NCBI RefSeq assembly: GCF_018977255.1
Contig: NW_024704742.1
Location: 98,644,001 to 98,708,000 of the forward strand
DNA from: Callorhinchus milii
Lineage: Eukaryota
Reading direction: 5' to 3'
Length of the DNA: 64,000 nucleotides
Below the pieces are notes generated by a model. The model saw nothing but the letters and a program-made list of their open reading frames with translations, was not told the DNA's origin and ran no database searches. Within the stretch, counting starts at the first letter, position 1. Every line of letters begins with the position of its first letter. Made by a program: the position numbers and the translations under genes. This document shows positions 37,664-49,505 of this stretch, piece by piece.

Positions 37664-40527
37664 CTGTATTGGAGTGTCAGCTTAGACTATACTATTTTCA
37701 AGTCCTGACCTGGGACTTGGGCCTACAACCTTTTGACTCCGAGGTGGGAGTGCTACCTACTAAGCCAGGCTGACACATCATATTCCAGAGAGAAAACTAT
37801 GAATTCTCTGAAAACAGAAAAATTCCGCACATGAATTTTGAATCCGGCTTTATCATTAGATAAATAAATAACCTTACTCGTTTTGATAACGGAAGAGGCT
37901 GCCTTTCCGGATGCCTGAAGTTGAACAAGAAATATATTAGATTACAGAGGCCTTTTGGTAGGTATTCCTGTTGAATTTGGTAAAGTGTATTGGGTTACTT
38001 TCATATTAGTTGATTTCTTTATCTGTAAATGGGAATGAAGGGATTGCTATTAAAACAGTCAGCACAGAGACGATAGGCCGAATGGCCACCTTCTGTGTTG
38101 TAAATTCTAATGGTTCTACATGTAAACCATAGGTAAACCCAGCTGCGTTCTGCACCAGGTGTAAACCATGTGTACAGAAGGAATTACAAGTACCCTTAAC
38201 TGCGTCATTAACCAGTCATTAACTATTAAACATGGTTTACACACAGCATATAATAGATCCTAATAAATAAAGCATTTAAAAGACATCAGACTTCCCTGCA
38301 CCTCAATGCTGATGAGTCCAATGGGTGTCCCCAGAGCTGTGGGCTTGTCCTTGAAGGAAGGGCATTGACTGCAACTTGATGAATTGCTCGTGACAGCTCA
38401 TAATTTACACCGTTTATATCCTCTACGGCACTGATAATGGCATGTACACTCCTGTATCAGCAAAACTGGAGCTCAACAGGATGTATGAACTTTTAACAGC
38501 TGTCACTGTTCAATCTGCCATGTGAAACTCGCACAAATTGGTTGAAAACATTGGTGGCTCTCATTTCACCCACTATTTGATCAGGAACAGGACTCTTGGA
38601 AATACCGATGAAGTGGAATTTGCCACAATCTTTACCTCTGCAAAATTATTGTTAGCTGAAAGATAAAAGCTTGCAAACCAGATCACTGAAGATTCCACCA
38701 GAGGGAGCATTAAACATGGCCAGGACACCAAAGCCCAGGTCACAAGAGTCCAGCAGAGGGAGCTCCATAACACTCCTCATGCGCACAGGCCATCCTCACC
38801 TTGCAATATCCATTCGCACAGTAATAAAAAATTAAATACTGAAAGCCATATCAAATTATTTTGCATAGACGCAATCTTTTCTGCAATATGTCGATATACA
38901 GTTCTGCAATCAATGGTTGTTTGCGGGGCTTTAGTGTGGGTAAATTAGCTGCCTCGTTGGTCTACAAATACACTGTCACTACTTATAGTAAACTGTGTGA
39001 AGTTATTGGAGATTTTGATGATGTGATAGGGTGCTATGCCAAATGCAAGATTATTTTTATTTATTATCAAGGGCGAGCAATACGTAACAGAGCATGACAG
39101 GAGAAACGTTGTTTAAAAATCTATATTATTAACTGTTTTAAAAACTAAATCATTTTAGAAGCGAACTTTATATTAAAAAAATTGTTTTGTAAAAGTCATG
39201 GATTTTTTAAAGAAATAATTGAAGAGCATCCATCTTTGGTGCTTCATAATGATACCACAAGTTATATTTTCAGCTGTGATGGAATGAGATGGTTCATCTA
39301 TATCCAAATTAAGACCAGACATACATTTTATATTTTGAATTCTATAAATCAAAATAAAGATTGAATACATCATTGGTCGTTATTACAATACTGCACTAAC
39401 ATCTGTATATATTAATCACTTACCGACCCATTTCCAAATCCCAGCTTTGTCAGTTAGAATAACCATCACAATAGCCAGCCTATCACAACTGTTATTGTAT
39501 GAATATGTTGGCTACACATAGGATCAGTCTACAGGCAGGCCTAGATATAGCAAGTGACAGGCTTTCACTATGTACATTTTATTGTTTCACTTTCACTATT
39601 TGCATTTTAAAATGCTAAAAATATGACTAAACAATTTTAAAAACAGCTTCTTTGTAAAAGGGATCATTTATTATTATTATTAATGATCCTTGGATTTCAT
39701 ATAATGCTTTTCACCTCAAGAAGTAATTTTAAAATTCTTCACAAGATTTACAGTAAAGTGTAGTGACCACATACTTTGTGGGCGAATGCGGCAGCCAATT
39801 TTGTGCACAGCAATGTCCCCCAAAAAGATATGAAGTGAATGACCTATTTTATCTTACATGTCCCTCCTGAGCTGAGGGGAAGGCAAGTGCATTCTCCCAA
39901 CCGCCAACTCCTGACACTGCCATGAGAGGACGGTTTGCTGGTGAGGAAGGCAGGACAATTAAACCATCCCTCGGGCCGGATGCAGCCCACATGCCTGGTC
40001 TATGCTGACACTCCAATGCAGTGCTGGGGTTGTGCTGCATTATCTTTCGAATAATGAGTTTAACCAAGGTCCCACCTGCCTGTTCAGATGAACTTTAAAG
40101 ATCCCTTGGCACTTTTCGAAAAGAGAAGGGGAGTTTCTCGCAGTGTTCTGGCCCCCAAATAAAATTGGTCATTCCCTCCATGGCTGTTTGCAGGACATTA
40201 TTGTGCGCAAGTGGCTGCTGCTATATCAAATGCAAGAATTATTATTATTTTTATTACTATAACTGGTAGCTACAAAGGTACAGCTTTCTTCAATGAAGTA
40301 CAACGTGTGCATTCTATAATTGCAGACAATATTGTAAACTAACTATAGGTCTAATTCAGGCAGGCTACTTAATTAATATACAAGGACCTGGAAATACAAC
40401 CATAGAAATTTAAGGCACAGAAGGCAGCCATTCAGCCCATTTTATCTATGTTTCAGACCCATAGGTCCTGTGCCAAAAATAGCTTTTAAATATTAATTGT
40501 TTTTACTAATGCACAAAGCGAGCTCAC

Positions 40528-41194
40528 CTAATTTGTAAATGATGACGTAAATCATGGTCCAAACTGTTCCAGGCACTCGAAGCAGGTCTTCTAATATTAC
40601 CCAGGGGTTCAGTGTGGATAACTTTGGTTTCATTCCAAGGGATGCTTGAAGTTCAGGAGCACACAAAGCATAAATTATAGCTCCAACGTAAATACCAGTT
40701 AACATTATAAAAAGGATTCTCCAGCCAAGCAAGTCTATCACTGTCAGCAGCCCTCCTCCGGCAAGGGCAGAGCCCATTTTATAACTCACCACTTGGATTG
40801 TGTTGCCATAGCCAATTTCATCAACACTGAGTATCTTAACAGCCAGGCCGTCAACAATAATGTCTTGAACTGAAGCGAAGAAGTTTATCATCATCAACAT
40901 GAACACCAAAATTAGGAAATGAATCTCTGGAGACAACCCAGAAATGATTAAAAAGCTGAAAGCGAGTCCATACATGCTGCCCAGCAGCCATTTCTGCTTT
41001 GTTCCATACCAATCCACCAAAGGAGCCCATAACATCTTGAGTATCCATGGAAAATACAGTAATTTGGCCAAACTGATTCTCGTAAGGGAGACTCCAACAC
41101 TTCTTAGATAAATTGGTAATAAACCAGACTGTATTCCATAGGGAATTCCTTGGACAAAGTACAAAATTACAAGTGTCCTCAGTTTTGATTTCAT
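40528..41194 (-). CDS. MFSD3: MFSD3 first coding exon (667 nt coding; exon begins at the acceptor at 41261), AmpG/SLC33-like MFS transporter
   Basis: MKSKLRTLVILYFVQGIPYGIQSGLLP...PWILKMLWAPLVD...QDIIVDGLAV...GNTIQVVSYKMG...VPGTVWT...YKL G|gtgagc; matches the human MFSD3 N-terminal half. Confidence 0.96.
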
Positions 41195-42796
41195 GGTTTC
41201 ACTTGAGTGTCATTTGGCACCAAACAACCTTTTCGATATCAACGCACAATCAAGTGGTTTCCTGCAACAACAACAAAAAAGGCATTAACTCTTCACATAC
41301 TGTCATCCTTTTGTATCATATTATATAGCGATATGGGCTGCATGATAAGACAATATAAAATTTTCATTTTTCAATTCACTCTGGTGAACCCTAAAAAAAA
41401 TCCCATAAAATGGACTTGATTTAATTGACTGGAATACAAAATAATACTTAAAAATGGAAAATCACTATTCAAAAATGGTCTTACAACATTATTTGCCATT
41501 TTACACCATACTTCCCCCAATCTTCTACTTTATTATGATTTTTCACAACTTTCTCCTGTATCCTGAAATGACCAACCGTTTCAGTTTCAACCAACTGTTT
41601 CTGGTAATACTGGTAATAATTCTGGTAACAACCCTCTTTGTATATAAAAAGGGTCTTTTTTTTCTTCTCATGATAACCTCAATTTAATCTATCTTGTTAG
41701 TGACTCACCAATTATTGGAAAAATTTACTTTCTCAATTTATTCTCACAAAACCATTCATAAATTTTAACACCGCCACTGAATTCCTTCCTTCCTTGATAT
41801 TCTCAGCTCCAGCAAAAGCAGTTCAAAATGCTGTCTCTCCACATAACTATAACTTCTCATCTCTAATACCATCTTAGTGAAACTGGTGTACTCTCTCTAA
41901 CCTCAATACCATTATTATAAGTGTCAAACACCAGATGCCATGTTCTGACGGTGCCCTAACCAATGCCTTTTACAAATTTGATTCACTTCAGTTTTTATAC
42001 TCAATTACTTTTTTTCTAAATTCCATTTGCTTTTTATGAGGTACCATCCTTCAGATGAGACGTTAAATTGAGGTGCCATCTGCCTGTTCAGGTGAATGTT
42101 AAAGAATAGTACTATTCGGAAAAGGATTTTTTTCCCAGTGGCTTGACTGACGCTAGCACATGTTGGGATAGCTCTACAGGCCGAATGGCCTCGTTCTGTG
42201 CTGTACGATTCTATGAATCTATCATGTTTATTGGGCAATAGTATTTTGTTGGACTTCCTGGAGAACATGAAGAAACAAAGATACAAATTTTCTGTATACC
42301 ACTGCAAGTGTTTTCTGCATAAAAAACACCATCACTACCCTTTGTACTGGCATATGAATCCATGATTATTGAGTTGGGGGGAAAGGTGAACGAGGGTTTA
42401 AACAAAGACTTGCAGCAAACGAAGGAAAAAATCTTACAAGCTTGCCCCCACGAACTGGGGGGAGGGGCAAAAATTGCCCAAACTGAAAATAAGTTTGTAG
42501 CCCAATTCAACCAAATACTAGCCCCAAACTAGCCCAAGAGTATGTGTTGCCCACTATGGGTAGCAGAGTGGCCAATATAGATTAGTGCTTTTGCAGCTGT
42601 GAAATAAAAGGCCATCAAAGGGAACCCCCCCCACACAAAAAAAAACTTTGCTGGTTTAAATTAAATTGTTAAAGCTGAGGCACTTGCCCAAAGCCTTTTT
42701 TTTTACACACACACACGCAAAGTACAAGAAGATCTCTCTTAATCTGGCAAGTGACAGAGGAGCAGTGCAAGTAGCTGAAGCGAGAAGTTGACATGG

Positions 42797-43312
42797 CCAG
42801 CCATTGCTGCTCTGTGTATCTGCAGGAGGAGGAGGGGAGACACACACACACACACAGCCACATTGCTGCTCTGTGTATCTGCTACAGCAGCAGGAGACAC
42901 ACACACAGACACATTGCTGCTCTGTGTATCTGCTACAGCAGCAGGAGACACACACACAGCCATATTGCTGCTCTGTGTATCTGCTACAGCAGCAGGAGAC
43001 ACACACACAGACACATTGCTGCTCTGTGTATCTGCTACAGCAGCAGGAGACACACACACACACAGCCACATTGCTGCTCTGTGTATCTGCTACAACAGCA
43101 GGAGACACACACACACAGAGAGACACATTGCTGCGTATCTGTAGGAGGAGGAGGGGAGAGAGACACCCACAGAGCCACATTGCTGTGTATCTGTAGGAGG
43201 AGGAGGGGAGAGAGACACACAGAGCCACATTGCTGTGTATCTGTAAGAGGAGGAGGAGGGGAGAGAGACACACACACACACAGAGCCACATTGCTGTGTA
43301 TGTGGAGGAGGA
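42797..43312. repeat. Minisatellite, about 9.5 units of ~50-60 bp, each with a (CA)n tract
   Basis: Units cattgctgctctgtgtatctgctacagcagcaggag(ac)n (x5) and cattgctgtgtatctgtaggaggaggaggggagagag(ac)n (x3), plus a hybrid and a partial unit. Confidence 0.95.
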
Positions 43313-43830
43313 GCGCCGCGCGCTCCGGGTCAACGTTCGCTCAGCCGAACGCCCCGGGACAGCGGAGCCCGCGCGCTCAGTGCCGCCCCTCTCCTCCCCT
43401 CCCCCCGGGGACTCTGCAACGCTTCACACACTGCAGCCAACTCAGGGGCTCCCTCTCCCCCCCTCTCTCCCTAAAGGTAAACTGCACACCTTCACCATTG
43501 CATTTGCAAAAGTCAGCCATCTTGTAGTGAGATCAACTCGGGCGTTGTAAAGAAGAGCGCCGCCTGCAGGCCCGGGGCTGGAATTGTTCAAACCCCTTTT
43601 TATTTGGACTGAAGGGCCTCTCTCAGAGGACTTAAGAACGTAGGAATTTGCTGGTCGGACGAAGACACCGAAGTCCATCTCGTGCGCCTCCCACCATCCT
43701 GGCAGTCGCTCGGCACGTCATGTCCCAAACTGCACAAGAACATCATTTCTTTTTTGTTTCATTAATAACACTAACTCTCTCTCCCTCGGTCAGCCTCGGC
43801 TGCCCCGTGTCTGGCGCACGTGGTCACCCC
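43310..43830 (-). promoter_or_regulatory. CpG-rich island, probable MFSD3 promoter / non-coding first exon
   Basis: Only CpG-dense non-LINE stretch in the window; ~2 kb upstream of the MFSD3 acceptor at 41261; contains ccgccc, cacgtg and tgacgtg-type motifs. Confidence 0.65.
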
Positions 43831-44479
43831 ATCCTCGTGAATAAGATTATCCAAACTGAGATGCTGCCCCTATGGTATCTTAGCCGGGAAGATTATTTCG
43901 CCTCAAACTTTGTGAAACTCATTCAGGTGGAAGCCGTTCCTTTTCATTAACTGTAAAAAGTCGGCTTCCAAATTAAGACGATAGCAAGTTGGCGGAATCT
44001 ATGGAATCAGAGGAGGCAGCAAAGGTTCCTACAAAGATAGCTTGATGGAGCATATATATATATATATATATATGGGCTGATAACTGGCAAATGAAGTTTA
44101 GCACAGATAACTGTAAGGTACTACATATAGAAAGTAAGATTAGGAAACACAAGTGCTCTGGATGAGATAGAACTTGTCAAGAGTGAAGCTCAATGAGATC
44201 TGGGTGTTTTTATCCATATTTTTGTTGCTAACTATGTCAAAACAGTAAACAATAATTACCATACGGATTCCTGGGCTACCATATTGTAATGGTGCTCCTG
44301 AACTCCTTGGATTGCAAACTCTAATGTGGGCTATATTGCTCCATCAGTTCGGTTCCCCAGAAATCATTCTCAGGTTGTATGTTACAGTAAAGTTGTGAAA
44401 CCAGAGATTTTGCAAAATCCCTGAAATTTTCAATACAATTGTGAAACCAGGGATTTCAAGTTGTGAAACCTGGCAATTC

Positions 44480-44665
44480 CTCCCTTTTTGTCTTGCACTA
44501 TCAAGACCTCTGATGTCATCAAATTTCCTGCACCTAATTTTTTACTTCCAACATCCCCCAGTTCTGACGAAAGGTCATCAACCTGAAACATTAACTCACT
44601 TTCCTCTCTCCATAGATGCTGCCTGAGCTGCTGAATATTCCCAGGAACGTCTTGTTTTTATTTGA
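44480..44665 (+). mobile_element. Penelope-like element terminal fragment with a minimal hammerhead ribozyme motif (44560-44596)
   Basis: agtt CTGACGA a aggt-catca-acct GAAAC atta act, followed by ...ctctccatagatgctgcctgagctgctga... Confidence 0.65.
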
Positions 44666-45129
44666 GTTTAATAAAGTTATTTGTCGATAAAGGTGTCAAT
44701 AAAGATTAAATATTAATAAAATTGAGTTTTCCATCATATTGTTTTTAATTATCCATGCTGTCTGTTCAAATGTCTTCAGAAAGCGCAGAAAATGCTTTCA
44801 AGAGGGAATTGTTTAAGAGAGATGACAAATGTAAAAAGTATCATATCCAAGGCTGAATATTACAATATTACTGAAAGTGACGACTGCTGCTGCAGACACT
44901 CATACAAAGATCAGAAGTTCCTACTATTTTCTGTCTAAAGTAAATTTATATTTCCCTTTATCTGTTCAATGCATTTTAGTATTGTATCTTTTAATTGTTA
45001 AATTGCTGTATCGTCCAAAGTATGATCTTATGTTATGTATTGTTACTTGTCCATCCATCAGAGTTTCAAACAAACAGACAGACAAATAATATTAATAAAT
45101 ATTCTACTCACTATTGAAATTTGACCAGG

Positions 45130-46017
45130 AGTCAATAATGGGACAACTGCTGTTTTTGATCTATATAAACGACCTGGACTTGGGTATAGGCAGTACAGTT
45201 TCCACGTTTGCAGATGATACTAAGCTAGGAAAAGTAGTAAACTGTGAGGCAGATAGTAGCAGACTGCAAGAGGACATAGACTGTAAAATGGGCAGACACA
45301 TGGCAGATGAAGTTTAATGTGGAGAAATGTGAAATGATGTATTTTGGGAGGAAGAACGAGAAAAGATAATATAAGCTGATGGTAGAATCTTAAAGGGGTG
45401 AAGGAACAGAGAGACCTGAAGGTTCAAATAAGTAAATCTTTGAAGGTGGCAGGACAGGTAGATAAAGCTGTTAAAAAAAAGCATACGGGTTACTAGGCTT
45501 TATAAATAGGGGCATAGAATACAAAAGTCAGGAAGTTATGATGAACCTTTATAAAACACTGGTTAGGCCTCAGCTAAAGTACTGTGTTCAGTTCTGGGCA
45601 CCTCACTTTAGGAAGGATGTTAAGGCATTGGAGAGGCTGCAAAGGAGATTTACCAGGATGGTACCAGGAATGAGGGACTTCAGTTATCAGGAGAGACTAG
45701 AGAGGCTAGGATTATTCTCCCTGGAGCAGAGAAGGTTAAGAGGAGACTTAACAGAAGTTTTCAAAATTATGAGGGGATTCGATAGGGTGAACAAGGAGAA
45801 ACTATTTCCACTGGTCGGTGTGTCGGTAACCCAAGGACGCTGATTTAAAATAGTTGTTAAAAGAAACAGAGGAGGTGAGAAATTTTTTCACACAGCGAGT
45901 TGTTCGTATCTGGAATACATTGAAGGATGGAAGTCGATTCGATAACAACTTTTAAGAGATTAATTATTTGGGAAGGACAAGTTTGCAGGGCTATGGCGAG
46001 AGTGTGGGGTTGATTTG
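45130..46017 (+). mobile_element. CR1 RT 3' fragment nested in the DNA transposon
   Basis: LFLIYINDLD...FADDTKL, LVRPQLKYCVQFW, LRGDLTEVFKIM; very similar to the 3' part of the CR1 at 15310. Confidence 0.93.
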
Positions 46018-46347
46018 GATAATAATAATAATAATCCTTGCATTTGATATAGCGCTTTTCACGTCGGGAGGACGTCCCAAAGCACTTCACAGAACACAGT
46101 GTAAAGTGAATTGACTGTATATTTGTGGGCGAACGCGGCAGCCAATTGCGCACAGCAATGTCCCACAAACAGTCGTAGATTGAAAATGACCAATTTATTA
46201 TTGTTTTTGGTTTTTGGAGGGATTATTATTAGGCTCTGTGTGGAGTAACGAAACTTGCCCAAGGTTTCGCCCTGACCTGCCTGGAATTGAACTCAGGTCT
46301 CTCACTTGCAAAGCGAGTGCTCTAACCACTGAGCTACAGGACTCCAC
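46018..46347 (-). mobile_element. Young tRNA-Ala-headed SINE
   Basis: Reverse complement of the 35456 copy. Confidence 0.93.
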
Positions 46348-46349
46348 TT

Positions 46350-47675
46350 AAATGATCTCATTGATATGAAGTCTATGTCACATTCAAACTTCAAGTGGAT
46401 TATGGTCTCACCAAGTTCTGTGAACTGAGGCCTCTCACAACCGAGAGTGCTGCACAAGTAGCCTTTCAGCTCATGGATATCTTCCTTCTCCTTGGGTTCC
46501 TCCATTCTCCAGAGTGACAATGACTCCCAATTTACAACCCAAATCATCACTGAGCTAAAACAGGTCTGGCCAAAACTTCCCTATATTTCATGGCAAACCT
46601 CGCCACCCATAACGTCAAGGTTCTGTTTAACGAGCCATTGGTGACATCAAGAATATGTTAGTAGACTGGCTATCAGATAACAACACACAGGATTGGACAG
46701 TTAGCATTAAATTTGTGCAGGTCAAAAATAACTCTTTACCATTCCGGAATAAGTTGCTCCCCTTATGCTGCCATGACCTTGATGAAGATGTTAGGCCAAC
46801 ACAAGACTCATATTTTGGCCTAACATCTTCATCACTGCTAACTACACTGGAAAGTGAGCTTGATCTCCTGGCTGTTCTTGCTGGTAAATGCACCAGAAAG
46901 AGTACCAGCTGACAACCACTCCACTTCAAGTAACACCACCACAGAAGCTTAGAGTGAGTGACAGCGTTGGGGCTACATACACTGCTGAACCGTCCATTTG
47001 TCAACTGGCACTTTGGCAGGACAACCCAGTCCAATTAAGCTCAAGACACCCATTACCAGTGCATTTGTTTCTCTAGTCTCCAGTGGCACAGACCACCACA
47101 GTTTGGTGCTGTCATCTCCATTTCCTCGAGGATAGAGATATCTTGTGATCCTCCTGTTCAGGCTCCTATATCACAGGCCCTGGAAGATCACACGACTCAG
47201 CTCAGAAAGTGAAGAGCTGCTGCACAAATAGCACAAGTATATTAGGCAGAGAGATGGTAAAACGGAGTCGGCTGATTTCCAAGCTGCTACACCTGAAGAC
47301 AACGTGGCTGTCCCCATCCCGGCAGTTGACAGGGGTCAAGGGGATCCCAGGAACATCCTTGGTGTTATCATTAATAGAGATTTAGACACTGACCAGATAG
47401 CAGTGAAGGCCAGCATCCTGAGTGGTCACTATTCCAAGACCCAATTTGACCTTTGCCCACAATGATTGTTGACAGAGACCTGGCTCAACCAGGAGAAGTA
47501 TTCCGTGTCACTCCATGAAGCTGTCATCGCACAGACTGTTTATGGTGAACAAGGCTTTATGAAGTGTAATTGCAGTCAGAAGAAATGTCTGACCAAACGT
47601 TGTAAAGGCTTCAAAGCGATAATAACTCATCAATAACTCACGGTGTCATGGAAGCCTCGTTTGTGTTAACAAATG
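46350..47675 (+). pseudogene. Disrupted KRBA2/SCAND3-type DDE integrase (Ginger2 transposase) with C-terminal Cys-rich domain
   Basis: Across frameshifts: DLIDM..FKWIMV..LTKFCELRPL..VAFQLMDIFLLLG..ILQSDND.QF..HGKPRHP*RQGSV*RAIGDIKNML..VPIPAVDRGQGDPRNILGVI..QGFMKCNCSQKKCLTKRCK..NSRCHGSLVCVNK. Confidence 0.88.
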
Positions 47676-48629
47676 GACAGTTAACTCATCAGTGAATGAA
47701 ATGTCACATGAAGTTTATGATAAACAAAATATAAATTTTCATAATGTGTTTATTTATTTGTTGATAATGCTGACAAGTGTCAAGGAAGGTTATCAATATG
47801 ATGAAATGATCATGTTTTCACAATATCCCTGACTCCTAATTTCAGTGATTTCATGGTTTCACAATTTTACTGAAAATTTCACGAGTTTGTGAAATCCCTG
47901 GTTTCACAACTTTACTGTAACATGTTCAGTAACTGATCGGGCCACACCTCAGAGCAATATTGCCCAATAGAAATCACTGACTAGCCACAGGTGGCCGCAT
48001 GCACTAATGTTAGTAGAAAACACCTTAAATACACGTGTTGCTCTCCTCACTTGTTCTGGAGCCTGGGAATATAAGGTAAACATACTTCACATGTACTTTT
48101 ACAGGTATATTTACTTAATTTACTTAATCTGCACCCTTCATTGGAAGCCGATTTGATAACAACTTTTAAGAGAGTAATTATTTGGGGAGGGCAAGTATGC
48201 AGGGCTACTGGGAGAGAGTGGGGGAGTGGGATGGAAATTGGGTAGCTCTTTTCAAAGAGCCGGTACAGACACAATGGGCCGAATGGCCTCCTTCTGTGCT
48301 GTATAATTCTATGATTGTGAAACTTCGAAGTGTGCTTTATCTTTCTCTCATGAGATGCACCAGATACACCCACAATCTCCATCTAGAATACGATTGGATG
48401 TTGCTTGCCCTTTGCCATGATGTGCCCTGTTGGAGTTACTCATTGTTGGCTGGATTTGCTTTCTTCTGCTGGCCTGGTGCAGTTATTCCGAATGACTTCA
48501 ATTGACAGCTCCCCTCCATAAATATACCGCTGGTGTTTCCAGGGTGCTGCGTTTTAATGGTGCTGGATTCCCAATTCATCATATGTGGCTAGTATTAGAC
48601 AACCCTGCCTGAAGATACTGCATATCTCC

Positions 48630-49505
48630 AGCCTCGCCTTTCTGTCCAAGGTCCTTGAAAGAGTTGTCGCCTCCCAGCTGCGCTCGTAAGCGCCTCCGCA
48701 CCTCAGGCGCTGACAGCATCAGCATCCAAGGCTGCACTCTCCACCTCTCAAAGCCGGTCAGGAACCTCGGTGCTCTGTTCGACCCTGAGCTGTCCTTTCT
48801 TCCTCATATCCGCTCCACAACTGGCACCGCCTTCCATCACCTCCGAAACATCGCCAGACTACGGCACTACCTCACCCCTCACGCTGCTGAAACTCTGGTC
48901 CACGCCTTTATCACCTCAAGGCTGGACTATGGGAACTCTCTCCTTGCCGGCCTTCCCGGCACCTCCCTCCACAAACTGCAGGTCATTCAGACCTCTGCAG
49001 CTCGTGTACTGTCCCGCACCAGGCTTCACGACCACATCACTCCCACCCTCGCTCGCCTCCACTGGCTCCCCATCCCCCAGAGGATCAAATTCAAGATCCT
49101 CATCCACAAGGCCATTCATGGCCTTGCTCCCTCTTACCTCTCCGACCTACTGTCCCCCTACCTACCTGCCCGTACCCTCCATTCCTCTGGCCCCGGTCTG
49201 CTCCACATCCCCCGCCCCAACTACCCTACCATCGGTGGCCGGGCCTTCAGCCTCTCAGCCCCTAGGCTCTGGAACTCCATCCCCCAGTGCCTTCACCGCC
49301 TCCTCCCTTTCCTCCTTCAAGGCCGGTCTCAAGACCTTTCTCTTTGACTGTGCCTTCAGCTCCCCTCTCGACTCTCTACCCCCTCCTTTCCCTCCCCTCA
49401 CCCTGACCATTTCCCCCCTGCTCGGGTCCTGACCCAATTGTCCAGCGCCTTGTGACGTCCTCCCGACGTGTAAGGCGCTCTATAAATGGAATCTTGTTGT
49501 TGTTG
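48630..49505 (+). mobile_element. L2 3' fragment with tail
   Basis: ORF 48655..49347 VRNLGALFD...TSRLDYGNSLL...LHWLP; (TGT)n tail. Confidence 0.92.

Larger units (their letters stand above)
44380..47922 (+). mobile_element. Ginger2/TDD-like DNA transposon fossil with ~70-bp TIRs (TGT...ACA) and nested insertions
   Basis: Outer 25 nt tgttacagtaaagttgtgaaaccag are a perfect inverted match between the ends; flanks tgta / tgtt (possible 4-bp TSD, one mismatch); internal integrase relic. Confidence 0.85.

Noticed and set aside
38309..38345. CTGATGAG hammerhead-like start
   Set aside because: No stem II closing onto a GAAA follows
42797..43312. CRISPR-like repeat-spacer appearance
   Set aside because: The variable parts are (CA)n length variants rather than unique spacers; the context is vertebrate and there are no cas genes
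42656..43550. Many overlapping 100-240 aa Cys/His/Thr-rich ORFs
   Set aside because: Translations of a stop-poor minisatellite in several frames; no protein-like features
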